Shown piece by piece: positions 9,955-21,644 of a stretch of 64,000 bases of DNA (positions are counted from its first letter, which is position 1; the number at the start of each line of letters is the position of its first letter). Location of the stretch: contig JAFRCM010000014.1 in NCBI GenBank assembly GCA_017404365.1, forward strand, positions 34,884 to 98,883, read 5' to 3'. A model generated the notes under the pieces. The model searched no databases. It was not told where the DNA came from and saw nothing but the letters and a program-made list of their open reading frames with translations. Source of the stretch: Bacillota bacterium. Lineage in GTDB: Bacteria; Bacillota; Clostridia; Peptostreptococcales; Anaerovoracaceae. The position numbers were made by a program, and so were the translations under genes.

Positions 9955-12453
9955 CTATCCTTTGATGACTATGTTGATCAGTCTGCCCGGTACTGCTATG
10001 ACCTTAACAACATTCTTTCCGTCAGTAAGCCCCTTTATGATTTCATTATCCTCGGCGATCTTAAGCATGTCTTCTCTCGTCGCATCGCCCGGGATGTTGA
10101 TTTTTTCTTTGTTTTTGCCGTTTATCTGTACGACGATCTCTATTTCATCCTTCTTAAGTTCATCCTCGTTCCATGTCGGCCAGCTCTGGTCGTATACATA
10201 ACCTTCATAGCCGAGCTCCTGCCACAGCTCTTCCGTGATGTGAGGAACGAACGGAGCCAGAAGAATCAGAATCGTCTTGATGCATGTGCTGTACAGAGCT
10301 TCGTTGACATCGCCTTCCTTGTACTTGTACAGCTCGTTTACGAGTTCCATTACAGCACTTATCGCAGTGTTGAAATTGAATCTGTCGCGTATGTCCTCAG
10401 TAACCTTCTTTATGGTGTAATTGAGTGTGTACGCGAGCTTCTTGTCAGCTTCATTTCTGATTTCATAGTTTCCAGGAATGTTCTCATACTTCTCCTTGAA
10501 GTCGTAAACCAGTCTCCAGATTCTGTTGAGGAATCTGAAGGAACCTTCAACGCCCTCGTCAGACCAGTCAAGTTCTCTGTCAGGCGGCGCCGCGAAGAGT
10601 ATGAACAGTCTGGCTGTATCCGCGCCGTACTTTTCGATGATTTCAGCCGGGCCGACGACATTGCCCAGGGATTTGCTCATCTTGGCTTTTATGTATTTTC
10701 CGTTGCTGTCAGTGTAACCCTTGATTACCATGCCCTGCGTAAGGAGGTTCTGGAACGGCTCCTCGTCCTTGACAAGGCCGAGATCGTAGAGAGCCATCTG
10801 GAAGAATCTCGCGTACATGAGGTGCATGATGGCGTGCTCAACGCCGCCGATGTACTGGTCTACATTCATCCAGTAATCAACTTTGTCCTTGCTGAACACT
10901 TCTTCATCATTTCTCGCGTCGCAGTATCTGAGTTCATACCATGAGGAATCGAGGAAGGTATCCATGGTGTCCACTTCCCTCTTCGCCGGCTTTCCGCATA
11001 CAGGACATACAGTATCAACGAAGGTCTTGCTCGTAACGATCGGTGACTCGCCCTTGCCTGTGAACTCGACGTCTGTCGGCAGGAGCACAGGAAGGTTCTC
11101 CTCCTTCTCAGGCACCCATCCGCAGTCATCGCAGTAGATCATCGGGATCGGAGTTCCCCAGTATCTCTGACGTGAGATGAGCCAGTCGCGGAGTCTGTAG
11201 TTTATGGTCTTGCGGCCTATGCCTCTCTCCTCGGCAACCTCGGCGATCCTGTCGATAGCCTCCTTGTTGTCCATGCCGTTAAATTCACCTGAATTGATAA
11301 CCTTACCTTCAGCGGCGCAGGCTTCCTTGAGGTCGTTCAGATCGACATCAGGATCCTGCGGATCGATTACCGGAACGATCTCGATTCCGAACTTTTTGGC
11401 GAACTCAAAGTCACGCTGGTCGTGAGCAGGTACGCCCATTACGGCGCCTGTTCCGTATCCCATGAGTACGTAGTCTGAAATGTATATAGGCATGGTCTTG
11501 CCTGTGAACGGATTGATGGCGTACTTTCCGATGAATACGCCTGTCTTCTCATTTGTGGTTGAGGTTCTGTCTATCTCGCTCATGCGGGCGCATCTTTCGA
11601 TGTAAGCCATGGTATCAGCCTCATATTCAGTTCCCTTTACCATGTCAGGAACCGACGGATACTCAGGCGCGAGTACCATGAAAGTGGTTCCGTAGATTGT
11701 GTCAATACGGGTTGTGAATACTGTCAGCTTTTCATCGTAATCCTGAATGTCAAATGTGGCCTCGGCACCGTATGATTTGCCGATCCAGTTTCTCTGCATG
11801 ATTTTGACCTTGTTTGGCCAGCCATCAAGCTTGTCCAGGTTGGAAAGCAGTCTCTCAGCGTAATCCGTGATCTTGAAGTACCACTGTGACAGATTCTTCT
11901 TGCCGACGAGCGTGCCGCATCTCTCGCAGCATCCGTCGACTACCTGTTCATTGGCGAGAACTGTCTGGCAGCTCGGACACCAGTTTACCTGGCTCTCTTT
12001 CTTGTATGCCAGACCGGCCTTGTAGAACTGTATGAAGATCCACTGCATCCACTTGTAGTAGCTTGGATGCGCTGTCGCGACTTCTCTGTCCCAGTCATAT
12101 GACAGACCGAGCTGACGCAGCTGTCTGTTCATCTCTGCTATGTTGCCCCACGTCCACTCCGCTGGCTCTACTTTGTGCTGAATAGCCGCGTTTTCCGCAG
12201 GAAGACCAAAAGCATCATAACCCATCGGATGAAGCACATTGTAGCCGTTCATCGTTCTGAAACGGGCGACAACATCTCCGATTGAATAGTTTCTTACGTG
12301 CCCCATGTGAAGCTTGCCCGATGGATAAGGGAACATCTCGAGTACGTAGTACTTCTCCTTATCCGGGTCTTCTGTCACCTTAAAAGGCTTTTCCTCTTCC
12401 CAGATTTTCTGCCATTTGCGTTCGATTTCGCTGAAATCATATCTGTCCTTCAT
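9955..12453 (-). CDS. leuS: Leucine--tRNA ligase
   Basis: [13 protein letters not shown] (HIGH), [16 protein letters not shown]. Confidence 0.99.
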   Translation of the reverse strand: MKDRYDFSEIERKWQKIWEEEKPFKVTEDPDKEKYYVLEMFPYPSGKLHMGHVRNYSIGDVVARFRTMNGYNVLHPMGYDAFGLPAENAAIQHKVEPAEWTWGNIAEMNRQLRQLGLSYDWDREVATAHPSYYKWMQWIFIQFYKAGLAYKKESQVNWCPSCQTVLANEQVVDGCCERCGTLVGKKNLSQWYFKITDYAERLLSNLDKLDGWPNKVKIMQRNWIGKSYGAEATFDIQDYDEKLTVFTTRIDTIYGTTFMVLAPEYPSVPDMVKGTEYEADTMAYIERCARMSEIDRTSTTNEKTGVFIGKYAINPFTGKTMPIYISDYVLMGYGTGAVMGVPAHDQRDFEFAKKFGIEIVPVIDPQDPDVDLNDLKEACAAEGKVINSGEFNGMDNKEAIDRIAEVAEERGIGRKTINYRLRDWLISRQRYWGTPIPMIYCDDCGWVPEKEENLPVLLPTDVEFTGKGESPIVTSKTFVDTVCPVCGKPAKREVDTMDTFLDSSWYELRYCDARNDEEVFSKDKVDYWMNVDQYIGGVEHAIMHLMYARFFQMALYDLGLVKDEEPFQNLLTQGMVIKGYTDSNGKYIKAKMSKSLGNVVGPAEIIEKYGADTARLFILFAAPPDRELDWSDEGVEGSFRFLNRIWRLVYDFKEKYENIPGNYEIRNEADKKLAYTLNYTIKKVTEDIRDRFNFNTAISAVMELVNELYKYKEGDVNEALYSTCIKTILILLAPFVPHITEELWQELGYEGYVYDQSWPTWNEDELKKDEIEIVVQINGKNKEKINIPGDATREDMLKIAEDNEIIKGLTDGKNVVKVIAVPGRLINIVIKG

Positions 12454-12480
12454 TTTTTCCTCCGATATATCCTGTTTTGA

Positions 12481-13359
12481 TTAATTGCAAAGGGTTATTT
12501 CACAGTCGCCCCAGATTTTTTCAAGGCTGTATTTTTCCCTGGCGTCCTGTGTCATTATGTTAACGATGACATCTCTGTAGTCCATGAGAATCCATGTCGG
12601 CTTGTTTTTGCCTTCGACGTTCTTCGGGAAGATTCCCATAGGTTCCAGCACGTCTTCAATAGAGTCTCTCAGGGCCTGAGCGTGTCTCTCGTTTCCGGCG
12701 CTTACCAGCACGAAGTAATCCGCGAATGAGCTGCGCTCCGCAATATCTATGAGAGCTACGTCAATTCCTTTTTTGTCATCGAGTGTTTTCGCAATAAGTT
12801 CCGCTAGTTCTTTTGATTCCATCAGATTGTTTTCCTCCAAGTATTGTTTTGCTTTTAATGAGTCCGGATGGAGATACCATCCTTTCTCGTCTCTAACATG
12901 TTCGATTGTTCTCTCCAGGGACAGAATGCACGCTCTGTCCAGATCTGTTTCCGCCGCTTCTCTTATCTCATCTACCCGGGGATAATTCCTGCCCGGCTCA
13001 ATGGCGTCTGCCAGAAACACTATCTTCTCCAGCTTCGACATTCCGGCCCTTCCCGTCGTGTGATAAGCTATGGCGTTGAGTATGTCCTCATCCTCTATGC
13101 CGAATATCTCACGCGACATCTCGGCCCCTATCTTGCTGTGGGCGAAATCCATGTTCACCCCTGGCCTTTTTTCATATTTAGCCATGTCGTGAAGAAGCGC
13201 GGCTATCTCTGCCTTATATGCATCCTCGCCGAATCTCTCGGCCATCTCTCTGGCTACCTTGACGACGTTCATCGTATGCTCCAGCCGCGACGGCTTCAGA
13301 TGATCCTCTATATAAGGCACTATTTCTTTTTTCAGTCTTTCAAACTCTGTATAATCCAT
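12481..13359 (-). CDS. yqeK-rsfS: Fused YqeK (HD-domain Ap4A hydrolase) and RsfS (ribosome silencing factor)
   Basis: aa 1-178: RLEHT..V, LLHDMAK, IAYHTTG, FLADAIEPGR. aa 179-292: LDDKKGIDV, FADYFVLVS, WILMDYRDVIVNIM..DARE.YSLEKIWGD. One uninterrupted ORF. Confidence 0.9.
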   Translation of the reverse strand: MDYTEFERLKKEIVPYIEDHLKPSRLEHTMNVVKVAREMAERFGEDAYKAEIAALLHDMAKYEKRPGVNMDFAHSKIGAEMSREIFGIEDEDILNAIAYHTTGRAGMSKLEKIVFLADAIEPGRNYPRVDEIREAAETDLDRACILSLERTIEHVRDEKGWYLHPDSLKAKQYLEENNLMESKELAELIAKTLDDKKGIDVALIDIAERSSFADYFVLVSAGNERHAQALRDSIEDVLEPMGIFPKNVEGKNKPTWILMDYRDVIVNIMTQDAREKYSLEKIWGDCEITLCN

Positions 13360-13948
13360 GCTCCTTTATGTATCTTCCCACTTCGGTCGGAACGAGATCA
13401 TCAACAGGCTTTCCTTCAGCAATCATCTGCCTTATCTGCGTCGCCGAAATGTCCGGCTCTGTCCATTCCATGCTGATGACTTCAGTGCCGTACGCAGATG
13501 TTATTCTCCGCAGGGCTTCTTCGTATTCATCCTGTCTGTATCCGGGCCTCGTTCCAATTATGTACGAGTATTTTGTAAGCAGTTCAGGCGCGTTCTTCCA
13601 CGTGTCCAGCTTGAGAAAACTGTCTGTTCCGGTGATGAAATACAGCCTTGTATCTTCGCCGAAGAACTCCTGCATGTGTCTCATCGTAAGATATGTGTAT
13701 GAGACGCCTTCCTGCTGGAGCTCGTATTTTGATACCGTAATATGGTCATCCTTTCCGGCAGCCAGGGCGAGCATGTTGAACCTGTCTTCGCCTGACGCTG
13801 GAACACGGTCCTGCTTAAAGGGCTGAATCCGCGCTGGAATCATGACGACCTCGTGAAGGCCGCCTTTTATGAGAGCGTGCTTCGCGAGTGACACATGACC
13901 ATTATGTACCGGGTCGAATGAACCGCCTAGAATTCCTATCTTCTTCAT
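13340..13948 (-). CDS. nadD: Nicotinate-nucleotide adenylyltransferase
   Basis: GILGGSFDPVHNGH, SYTY.T, FITGTDS, ISATQIR. Confidence 0.96.
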   Translation of the reverse strand: MKKIGILGGSFDPVHNGHVSLAKHALIKGGLHEVVMIPARIQPFKQDRVPASGEDRFNMLALAAGKDDHITVSKYELQQEGVSYTYLTMRHMQEFFGEDTRLYFITGTDSFLKLDTWKNAPELLTKYSYIIGTRPGYRQDEYEEALRRITSAYGTEVISMEWTEPDISATQIRQMIAEGKPVDDLVPTEVGRYIKEHGLYRV

Positions 13949-15705
13949 TACTTCAGTTTGATTCCCAGCTCATCCAGCTGGCCTTCATCAACCAGTCCCG
14001 GCGCTTCGCTTACCATGCACTGGGCGTTCTGGTTCTTAGGGAACGCTATGACTTCTCTGATTGATTTCTCGCCGGTAAGAAGCATCACCATTCTGTCAAG
14101 ACCATACGCGAGTCCTCCGTGAGGGGGAGCTCCGTACTTGAATGCTTCCACGAGGAATCCGAATTTCTCATCTATATCCTCCTGAGTCATGTTCAGGGCC
14201 TTGAACATGTCCTCCTGCATTTCCTGATCGTGGATTCTTATGCTTCCTCCGCCCAGTTCAACGCCGTTGAGGACTATGTCATAGGCGTTTGCCAGGCACT
14301 TGTGAGGGTCAGTCTTGAGAAGCTGAGCATGTTCAAGTTTAGGCGAAGTGAACGGATGATGCATTGCGGACCATCTGTCCTCCTTCTCATCGTACTCGAA
14401 CAGAGGGAAATCAACGACCCACAGGAAATTGAACTTGTTGTCATCCAGAAGTCCCATCTGTCCCGCTATGTGTCTTCTCAAAAATCCCAGGCTGTCAAAT
14501 ACAACCTTGTTGGAATCAGAGATGATCAGGATGAGATCTCCTGCCTTTGCATCCATGGTGTCAGCGAGTTCTTCCAGCTGTTCCGGTGAGAAGAACTTGT
14601 TGACTGATGATGATACTCCGTCCTGAGTCTTCTTCATCCATACCATTCCCTTTGCTCCGTAGCTCTTAACAGCTTCCGTGAGCTTGTCTATCTTCTTGCG
14701 GGTGTATTCCTCAGCGCCGCCCGTTACGCAGATACCACGGACACTTCCGCCGGCCGCGATGGCGTCCGTGAACACCTTGAACTCGCAGTCTCTTACTTTG
14801 TCGGTCAGATCACAGAGTTCGAATCCGAATCTAGTATCAGGCTTGTCGCTGCCGTAGCGTGTCATGGCCTCCTCATATGTCATGCGCGGGAACGGAGTCT
14901 CAATGTCAATTCCCTTCATCTCTTTCATGACGCGTTTCAGGAAACCTTCCTGAATACCGATTACATCGTCGACGTCCACAAATGACATCTCAAGGTCGAT
15001 CTGGGTGAACTCAGGCTGTCTGTCGGCTCTGAGATCTTCGTCTCTGAAGCACTTGACAATCTGGAAGTATCTGTCCGTGCCTCCTACCATCAGAAGCTGC
15101 TTGAATGTCTGAGGCGACTGTGGCAGCGCGTAGAATCTTCCCGTATTGATTCTGCTAGGTACGAGATAGTCTCTGGCGCCTTCAGGAGTCGATTTTATGA
15201 GCATCGGAGTCTCGACCTCTGTAAAACCATTCTCGGCGTAGTAGTTTCTGGCCAGTGTGGTCAGCGCCGCGCGGAATGAAAGGTTGTCCTGCATTTTCTT
15301 TTTGCGCAGGTCAAGATATCTGTACTTCAGTCTCAGGTTGTCGTCGACATTGTCATCGTCCTTGATGTAGATCGGCGGAGTCTCAGACTTTGAGTAGATA
15401 ACCAGATCATCGGCTATGACTTCGATGTCTCCGGTTTCCATCTCAGGGTTCTTAGATTCGCGCTCAACAACCTTTCCCTTTACGCCGACGACGTATTCAC
15501 TTCTGAGCGTGTCTGCCAGCGCAAAGAGTTCTTCGCTTGTCTCATCATTGAACACTACCTGTGTTATACCGGTCTTGTCTCTAACATCGCAGAATATGAG
15601 CCCTCCCAGATTTCTCCTCTTCTGGATCCATCCGTTCAGCACAACATCCGCTCCTATATCAGTGCTGCGAAGATCGCCGCACATGTGGGTTCTCTTAAAT
15701 AGCAT
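13948..15705 (-). CDS. aspS: Aspartate--tRNA ligase
   Basis: [51 protein letters not shown]. Start moved to ATG 15705, behind an AGGAG SD. Confidence 0.98.
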   Translation of the reverse strand: MLFKRTHMCGDLRSTDIGADVVLNGWIQKRRNLGGLIFCDVRDKTGITQVVFNDETSEELFALADTLRSEYVVGVKGKVVERESKNPEMETGDIEVIADDLVIYSKSETPPIYIKDDDNVDDNLRLKYRYLDLRKKKMQDNLSFRAALTTLARNYYAENGFTEVETPMLIKSTPEGARDYLVPSRINTGRFYALPQSPQTFKQLLMVGGTDRYFQIVKCFRDEDLRADRQPEFTQIDLEMSFVDVDDVIGIQEGFLKRVMKEMKGIDIETPFPRMTYEEAMTRYGSDKPDTRFGFELCDLTDKVRDCEFKVFTDAIAAGGSVRGICVTGGAEEYTRKKIDKLTEAVKSYGAKGMVWMKKTQDGVSSSVNKFFSPEQLEELADTMDAKAGDLILIISDSNKVVFDSLGFLRRHIAGQMGLLDDNKFNFLWVVDFPLFEYDEKEDRWSAMHHPFTSPKLEHAQLLKTDPHKCLANAYDIVLNGVELGGGSIRIHDQEMQEDMFKALNMTQEDIDEKFGFLVEAFKYGAPPHGGLAYGLDRMVMLLTGEKSIREVIAFPKNQNAQCMVSEAPGLVDEGQLDELGIKLK

Positions 15706-15721
15706 TATCTGTCTCCTGGTT

Positions 15722-16975
15722 TTACTTTGTAAGCTCGTCAATTATATTATCAATAGCGACTTCAGTCTGCTCGCCGCTCTCCATGTCCTTTATCTGGAGC
15801 ATTCCGCTCTCAAGCTCGCTCTCTCCGATAATGACAGTCTTTGCGGCACCTGCTCTGTTCGCGAATTTGAACTGGTTCTTGAAGTTTCTTCCCATTACGT
15901 CCATCTGAACCGCTACGCCCTTCAGTCTCAGGTCGTGCATGAGCTTAAGAGCGAAAGCCTTGGCCTTGTCGCCCATGAATGCGATGAACACATCGGTACC
16001 TGCCGGTTCAGGAATCTCAACGCCGCAGGCTTCCATGGTCATGAGGATTCTCTCCTTACCCATTCCCCAGCCTACACCCGGAGTTGAAGGTCCGCCGATC
16101 TCCTCGATGAGACCGTCATATCTTCCGCCGCCGCACACAGTGCCCTGGGCTCCGATTTTAGTGGTTACGAATTCAAAGGCAGTCTTGGTGTAATAGTCAA
16201 GTCCTCTGACGATCTTAGGGTTTACGACATACTTGATACCGAATGCGTCGAGGTTTGCCTTGAGCTCTTCGAAGGCCTGTCTGCAGTCATCGCACAGATA
16301 ATCCAGCATCATCGGAGCGTCCTTTACCAGTTCCTGATCTATAGGCGACTTGCAGTCGAGGATTCTCATAGGATTTGTGTGGAATCTCTCCTGGCATGTC
16401 GGGCAGAGCTCGTCGTATTTAGGCTCGAGGAACTTTCTCAGAGCGTCTCTGTGCTTGCCTCTGCATTCAGGGCATCCGACGCTGTTGATCTGCAGTTCAA
16501 CATCGGTTATTCCCATCTCGTTGATGAAGTCGTATCCTATGGCGATGATCTCAGCGTCAGCCATCATGTTCATGGTTCCGAATGTCTCCACGCCGAACTG
16601 GTGGAATTCCCTGAGTCTTCCCGACTGAGGCTTCTCATATCTGCAGCAAGGAATGTTGTAGTATACCTTCGTAGGCTGCGGGTCAGCGTAAGTCTTGTGC
16701 TCACAGAGAGCTCTGCAGACCGGTGAAGTTCCTTCAGGTCGCAGTGTGATGCTTCTGTTTCCGAAATCCTTGAAGGTGTACATTTCCTTCTGGACAATGT
16801 CAGTGGTATCTCCGACACCTCTCTGGAACAGCTCAGTATGCTCGAATATAGGAGTTCTGATCTCCTTGAATCCGTATCTCCTGCAGATCGCGGCGAATTT
16901 CTCCTCGATATACTGCCACTTGTAAACCTGATCAGGCATTGCGTCTTTTGTTCCTTTTGGTGCGTTTGTCAGCAT
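15722..16975 (-). CDS. hisS: Histidine--tRNA ligase
   Basis: [39 protein letters not shown]. Confidence 0.98.
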   Translation of the reverse strand: MLTNAPKGTKDAMPDQVYKWQYIEEKFAAICRRYGFKEIRTPIFEHTELFQRGVGDTTDIVQKEMYTFKDFGNRSITLRPEGTSPVCRALCEHKTYADPQPTKVYYNIPCCRYEKPQSGRLREFHQFGVETFGTMNMMADAEIIAIGYDFINEMGITDVELQINSVGCPECRGKHRDALRKFLEPKYDELCPTCQERFHTNPMRILDCKSPIDQELVKDAPMMLDYLCDDCRQAFEELKANLDAFGIKYVVNPKIVRGLDYYTKTAFEFVTTKIGAQGTVCGGGRYDGLIEEIGGPSTPGVGWGMGKERILMTMEACGVEIPEPAGTDVFIAFMGDKAKAFALKLMHDLRLKGVAVQMDVMGRNFKNQFKFANRAGAAKTVIIGESELESGMLQIKDMESGEQTEVAIDNIIDELTK

Positions 16976-16993
16976 TTTAGTTCCTCCTTATGT

Positions 16994-18328
16994 TCAGCGG
17001 TTTCCAAAGAAACCTTTTATCTTTCTATCGATCATCTCATCGATTCTGTCTATGTAAACCTCGTAGTTTGAGACGTTGGCCACTCTTTCGAGTCTGTTTT
17101 CCTCAGGAAAATAGATTTTGCTTATTCCCCCGGCTCCGAGAGCCAGATTCGACTGTGCTTCCTCCATTATTCTTATGTTGTACAGCCCCGGTCTGTCACC
17201 CTTGCAGAATCCTGTGTTCTCAGTGTTTCCCGAAGTATGCTTCTGTCTGTACAGGTAGTAAGGCACGTACCCGCAGCCCCTGAGTCTCTCATGGGCCGAG
17301 GCAAGCATCTGTTCTCTGAGTTCCTCATCCTTATAGTTGAAGTTCTCGTCCATCTCCTTGAGCCTTGACGCTCTTTTGACCGCCAGTGTATGCAGCGTAA
17401 TGTTCTCCGCTCCAAGCCTTATGATCTCCTCCAGGCTGTAAGCGAAATCTTCAGCTGTTTCTTCAGGAAGCCCCGCTATCAGGTCGGCGTTGATGACTTC
17501 CATTCCGACTTTTCCTGCCAGTTCAAAGGCTTTATACACGTCCTCAACGGTGTGCCTGCGTCCGATCAGGTCCAGTGTGTTCTGCTTCATGGACTGTGGA
17601 TTGATGCTTATCCTGTCCACTCCGTGGTCCTGAAGCACCTGAAGCTTCTCGTAGGTTATCGTATCGGGTCTTCCGGCCTCAACGGTATACTCCCTCACGC
17701 TTCCCAGCGCAAAAGCAGACTTTACTCTGTTCAGAAGCGCGTCAAGCTGTTCAGCGCTCAGCGATGTCGGCGTTCCGCCTCCGAAATACAGGGTTTCAAG
17801 CTTGTAGCCTTCGCTTTTTACGGCTTCACCGGCGAAATCTATCTCTTTGCCAAGAGCTTCAAGATATGGACCCATGGCCTCCTGATCCACCTGATTGCTG
17901 GTGAATGAGCAGTACAGGCATCTTGTCGGACAGAATGGAATCCCAATGTACACCGAAAGGCTCATCGGGTCAGGCTTTCCTGCCTTTGCGCGCTGGTATT
18001 CCAGAATATCGCAAACGAGGTCAGCCTTCGTCTCGTCCGTCAGATACTGTTCCATCAGAACCTTCTTTGGATCCTCGCCGCTGTCCAGGAGCTCTCCGGC
18101 CAGCTTGACCGGTCTTATGCCCGTGAGTATGCCCCACTTGGGAGCTTCGCCGGTAAGACGTGAGAGATCTCTGTAGATCTGTCTCTTCAGGTCGTTTTTA
18201 TCGCCTCTGAAGTCGTATTCGAGGACCGTTTCCCCATTTTCGCCGTACTGTGACGGCTGAAGGAATTCCTTTATAAGCTCTTCATACTGGCTTGTATTGT
18301 CAATGTTGCTGAAATTGAATCTATACAA
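16994..18328 (-). CDS. hemZ: HemZ-type radical SAM protein (coproporphyrinogen dehydrogenase-like)
   Basis: KWGILTGIRPVK, YIGIPFCPTRCLYCSF, EYTVEAGRPD, YYLYRQK. Confidence 0.9.
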   Translation of the reverse strand: MYRFNFSNIDNTSQYEELIKEFLQPSQYGENGETVLEYDFRGDKNDLKRQIYRDLSRLTGEAPKWGILTGIRPVKLAGELLDSGEDPKKVLMEQYLTDETKADLVCDILEYQRAKAGKPDPMSLSVYIGIPFCPTRCLYCSFTSNQVDQEAMGPYLEALGKEIDFAGEAVKSEGYKLETLYFGGGTPTSLSAEQLDALLNRVKSAFALGSVREYTVEAGRPDTITYEKLQVLQDHGVDRISINPQSMKQNTLDLIGRRHTVEDVYKAFELAGKVGMEVINADLIAGLPEETAEDFAYSLEEIIRLGAENITLHTLAVKRASRLKEMDENFNYKDEELREQMLASAHERLRGCGYVPYYLYRQKHTSGNTENTGFCKGDRPGLYNIRIMEEAQSNLALGAGGISKIYFPEENRLERVANVSNYEVYIDRIDEMIDRKIKGFFGNR

Positions 18329-18944
18329 ATGGATTGTGCTCTTTCTCGAACCCTATGTTCGTAGGTCCCATGTGGCCCGGGAATACGCTGGTGTCGTCAG
18401 GCAAAGGCCACAGTTTGGTGTGGATGGCCTCCTCAAGTGCCTTGAATGAGCATCCCGGGAAGTCGGTCCTGCCTATTGATGCCTGAAACAGTGTGTCGCC
18501 GCTGAAGAGCGTCTTTTCCTCAGGTATGTATATGCACATTCCGCCCGGCGAATGACCGGGAGTAAAGAGAAACTTCAGATGCAGTCCTCCTACGTCCATT
18601 TCGTCCTCGTCATCCACGTAAATATCAGCATCAATTGAGGTAGGCTGGCCGAACTGACGACTCATGTTGAAGTTTTCATCGCCCAGCATTTCCTTTTCAT
18701 TGATGTTCGCAACGACTTTCGCTTCAGGAAAATCTCCCTTAAACCCCTCAACGCCCATGATGTGATCGGCGTGTCCATGCGTTAGCATAATATAGATTAT
18801 GTCTATTCCGAGTTCCTTTATCTTTTCAGATACTCCGCTGTTATAGGCTCCCGGATCTATGAGAAATCCCTTCATGGAATCCTCTTCATATACGAGATAT
18901 GTATTGGTGCCAATGGCTCCGGTAGGTATGTTGTAAACCTGCAT
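18321..18944 (-). CDS. MBL-fold metallo-hydrolase (glyoxalase II-like)
   Basis: THGHADHI, TPGHSPG, FSGDTLF, PGH. Confidence 0.92.
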   Translation of the reverse strand: MQVYNIPTGAIGTNTYLVYEEDSMKGFLIDPGAYNSGVSEKIKELGIDIIYIMLTHGHADHIMGVEGFKGDFPEAKVVANINEKEMLGDENFNMSRQFGQPTSIDADIYVDDEDEMDVGGLHLKFLFTPGHSPGGMCIYIPEEKTLFSGDTLFQASIGRTDFPGCSFKALEEAIHTKLWPLPDDTSVFPGHMGPTNIGFEKEHNPFV

Positions 18945-18977
18945 CAGTTTCCTTTCTTTAACCGTGTTTGCTTATTA

Positions 18978-19427
18978 TCAGAACAGCTTGTGGCTGTCCA
19001 TGAGTATCGTTACAGGGCCGTCGTTGTGTATCTCTACCATCATTTCCGCCTGGAAAACGCCTTCTTCGACGTGTATGCCCTGGTTTTCTATAAGTTCTAT
19101 TGTCTTTCTGTAAAGAGCGTCCGCTTCTTCCGGTCCTGCGGCCTGAAAATAGCTCGGGCGGTTGCCTTTGCGGTCGTCTCCCAGCAGCGTGAACTGGGAA
19201 ACAGCGAGTATTTCGCCTTTGATGTCCTGGATGCTCAGGTTCATGACGCCTTCTTCGTCGTCAAAAACCCTCAGGGCTGTCACTTTTCTCGCAATGTATT
19301 CTGCGTCCTTTACCGTATCTTCCTTTTCGACTCCGATCAGAACCATGAGGCCCTTGCCTATGCTTCCGGTCACCTTGCCGTCTACGGTTACGCTGCTCTC
19401 GGTTACTCTCTGAACTACTGCTCTCAT
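18978..19427 (-). CDS. dtd: D-aminoacyl-tRNA deacylase
   Basis: MRAVVQRV, VSQFTL, NDGPVTI. Confidence 0.97.
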   Translation of the reverse strand: MRAVVQRVTESSVTVDGKVTGSIGKGLMVLIGVEKEDTVKDAEYIARKVTALRVFDDEEGVMNLSIQDIKGEILAVSQFTLLGDDRKGNRPSYFQAAGPEEADALYRKTIELIENQGIHVEEGVFQAEMMVEIHNDGPVTILMDSHKLF

Positions 19428-19436
19428 CCGTTTGTC

Positions 19437-21638
19437 TTATCCTTTGTTCCTGTACGCTTCGATTATGCCCGGTATGCTCTTGAATGAGCGGCATAGCTTC
19501 TCTATCTGCGATCTGTCGTGTATCATGAGGGTCAGATTTATTCTTACCGTCTCATCCTTGTTTGCGCGGGCGTTGAGGCCTACTATTCTCACATCCATGT
19601 CCTCACAAACCTTGGATATGCTTGAAAGCATTCCCTTCTGGTCCTTGGCGATGATGCTTATTTCACCGTCGTATGACTTGTCCAAAAGGTTAGGATCCCA
19701 GCTGACATCGATCAGTCTCTGCTTGTCCTCTTCGCTGAGAGCCTTCATGTTATCGCAGTCAGTACGGTGGACTGTGATTCCCCTGCCCTTTGTGATGTAA
19801 CCGACTATGTCGTCACCCGGAACCGGCGTACAGCATTTAGCGATGGTTATCATGAGATTATCAACGCCTTCGACTACAACGCCTGTATCGGCGTCGGCCA
19901 TTCTGAGCTGTTCCAGCTTCTTCTGGGTCTTTTCGCTGATCTCGTTGAGGTCGTCAATAAGAGACTTGTTCTTCTCCTCAGTCTCCAGTTTGAGGCGTTC
20001 ATCCTCATAGCTCTGAAGCTTGTTGGCGACTTTGGTCTGAAGGTTTCCGCCGTAGCTGAGCTGATTGTACAGATCGTCGGTATCCTTAAATCCCAGATCC
20101 TTAGCGGCTCTGAGCATGTAGTTGTTGGTCATGAGGATTCTCGGATCGTAGCCCTTTCTCCTCAGATACTGGTTGAATGAATCCTTGCCCGTGTCTACAG
20201 TATCGCTCTTGATTTATTTTATGAGCCACTGGCGTATCTTGTTTCTGGCCGAGCTGCTCTTGGCGATCTTGAGCCAGTCTATGCTTGGGCCTGCGGCGTT
20301 AGGAGACGTTACGATGTCAACTATGTTGCCGTTCTCCAGCTGGTGGTCTATGGTGACCATCTTGCCGTTGACCTTGGCTCCGACGCACTTGCAGCCTACG
20401 TCAGTATGTATCTTGAAAGCAAAGTCAAGAGGCGTAGCTCCCGCAGGAAGCTCTATGACGTCGCCCTGAGGCGTGAATACGAATACCTGATTGGAAAAGA
20501 GGTCCATCTTCAGGGATTCCATGAACTCCTTAGGATCGTTAACGTCCTTCTGCCACTCGAGAGCCTGTCTGAGCCAGCTCAGCTTAACTTCTTCTTTATC
20601 GCTGGCAATACCTTCCTTGTACTTCCAGTGAGCCGCGATACCGTATTCAGCTATGCGGTGCATCTCCTGAGTTCTGATCTGAATCTCAAAAGGTCTTCCC
20701 GAATCGCTGATGACCGTCGTATGCAGGGACTGGTACATGTTAGGCTTAGGCATTGCAATGTAGTCCTTGAATCTGCCCGGGATCGGCGTCCACATCGTAT
20801 GAACAAGACCGAGCGCCGCGTAGCAGTCTCTGACGGTATTTACAATGATTCTTACGGCCATCAGATCAAAGATTTCATCCAGATTCTTGTGCTGGTATTT
20901 CATCTTTTTGTAGATGCTGTAGAAGTGCTTTGATCTGCCGTATGTTTCGTGCTCGATTCCTATCTCATCGAGAGCCTTGCTTATCTCATCAACGACCTTG
21001 TTTATGGCGCTCTCCCTCTCGCCCTTTCTCTCGCTGACCTGTTCGGCGAGATCGTAGTAAGCGTTAGGTTCGAGGAATTTGAGCGCGATATCCTCCAGCT
21101 CCATCTTCATGGAGTAGATACCGAGCCTGGAAGCCAGCGGCGCGTAAATGTCCAGCGTCTCCTGGCATTTCTCGACGATCTTCTCATGAGTCATGTAGTT
21201 GATCGTCCTGAGATTGTGAAGCCTGTCGGCGAGCTTGATTATGAGAACGCGTATGTCCTTAGCCATGGCCAGGAACATCTTTCTGAGGTTCTCAGCCTGT
21301 CTCTCCTCCTTGCTCTCGAACTTGAGGGCGCTCAGCTTTGTTACGCCGTCGACGAGTTCAGCAACTTCACTGCCGAACTCCTTCTCCATCTGTTCAAGGG
21401 TATATGGAGTGTCTTCGATGACATCGTGCAGAAGCCCGGCGGCAATCGTCTCCGAATCCATTCCAAGCTCCGCCAGTATCTCCGCCACCGCAACAGGATG
21501 GATCAGATACTCTTCGCCCGACTTTCTGAGCTGATTTCTGTGCATCTCATCAGCGACGTCGTAGGCTCTGGAGATCATGTCCATGTCGTAGTTTGGATTG
21601 TACTCTTCAATTTTCTGTAGGAATTCTCGCTTCAACAT
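19437..21638 (-). pseudogene. rel: Long RelA/SpoT homologue (Rel) interrupted by one in-frame TAA at codon 475 (20214-20216)
   Basis: HD (LLHDVIEDT), SYNTH (GRFKDY, YQSLHT, EIQIRT) and TGS lie in 20214..21638; ZFD (KCC.P.PGD) and ACT lie in 19437..20132. The 27 codons between them are open in the same frame. A real mutation cannot be told from a sequencing error here. Confidence 0.85.
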
Positions 21639-21644
21639 GATCGC

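Noticed and set aside
12454-16993. T-box riboswitches ahead of leuS, aspS or hisS
   Set aside because: The gaps are only about 16-27 nt, leaving no room for a leader, and I saw no T-box 14-mer.
20214-20216. TAA as genome-wide stop-codon reassignment or a Sec/Pyl codon
   Set aside because: TAA ends other genes here normally (for example MMPL and FNT), and Sec/Pyl use TGA/TAG.
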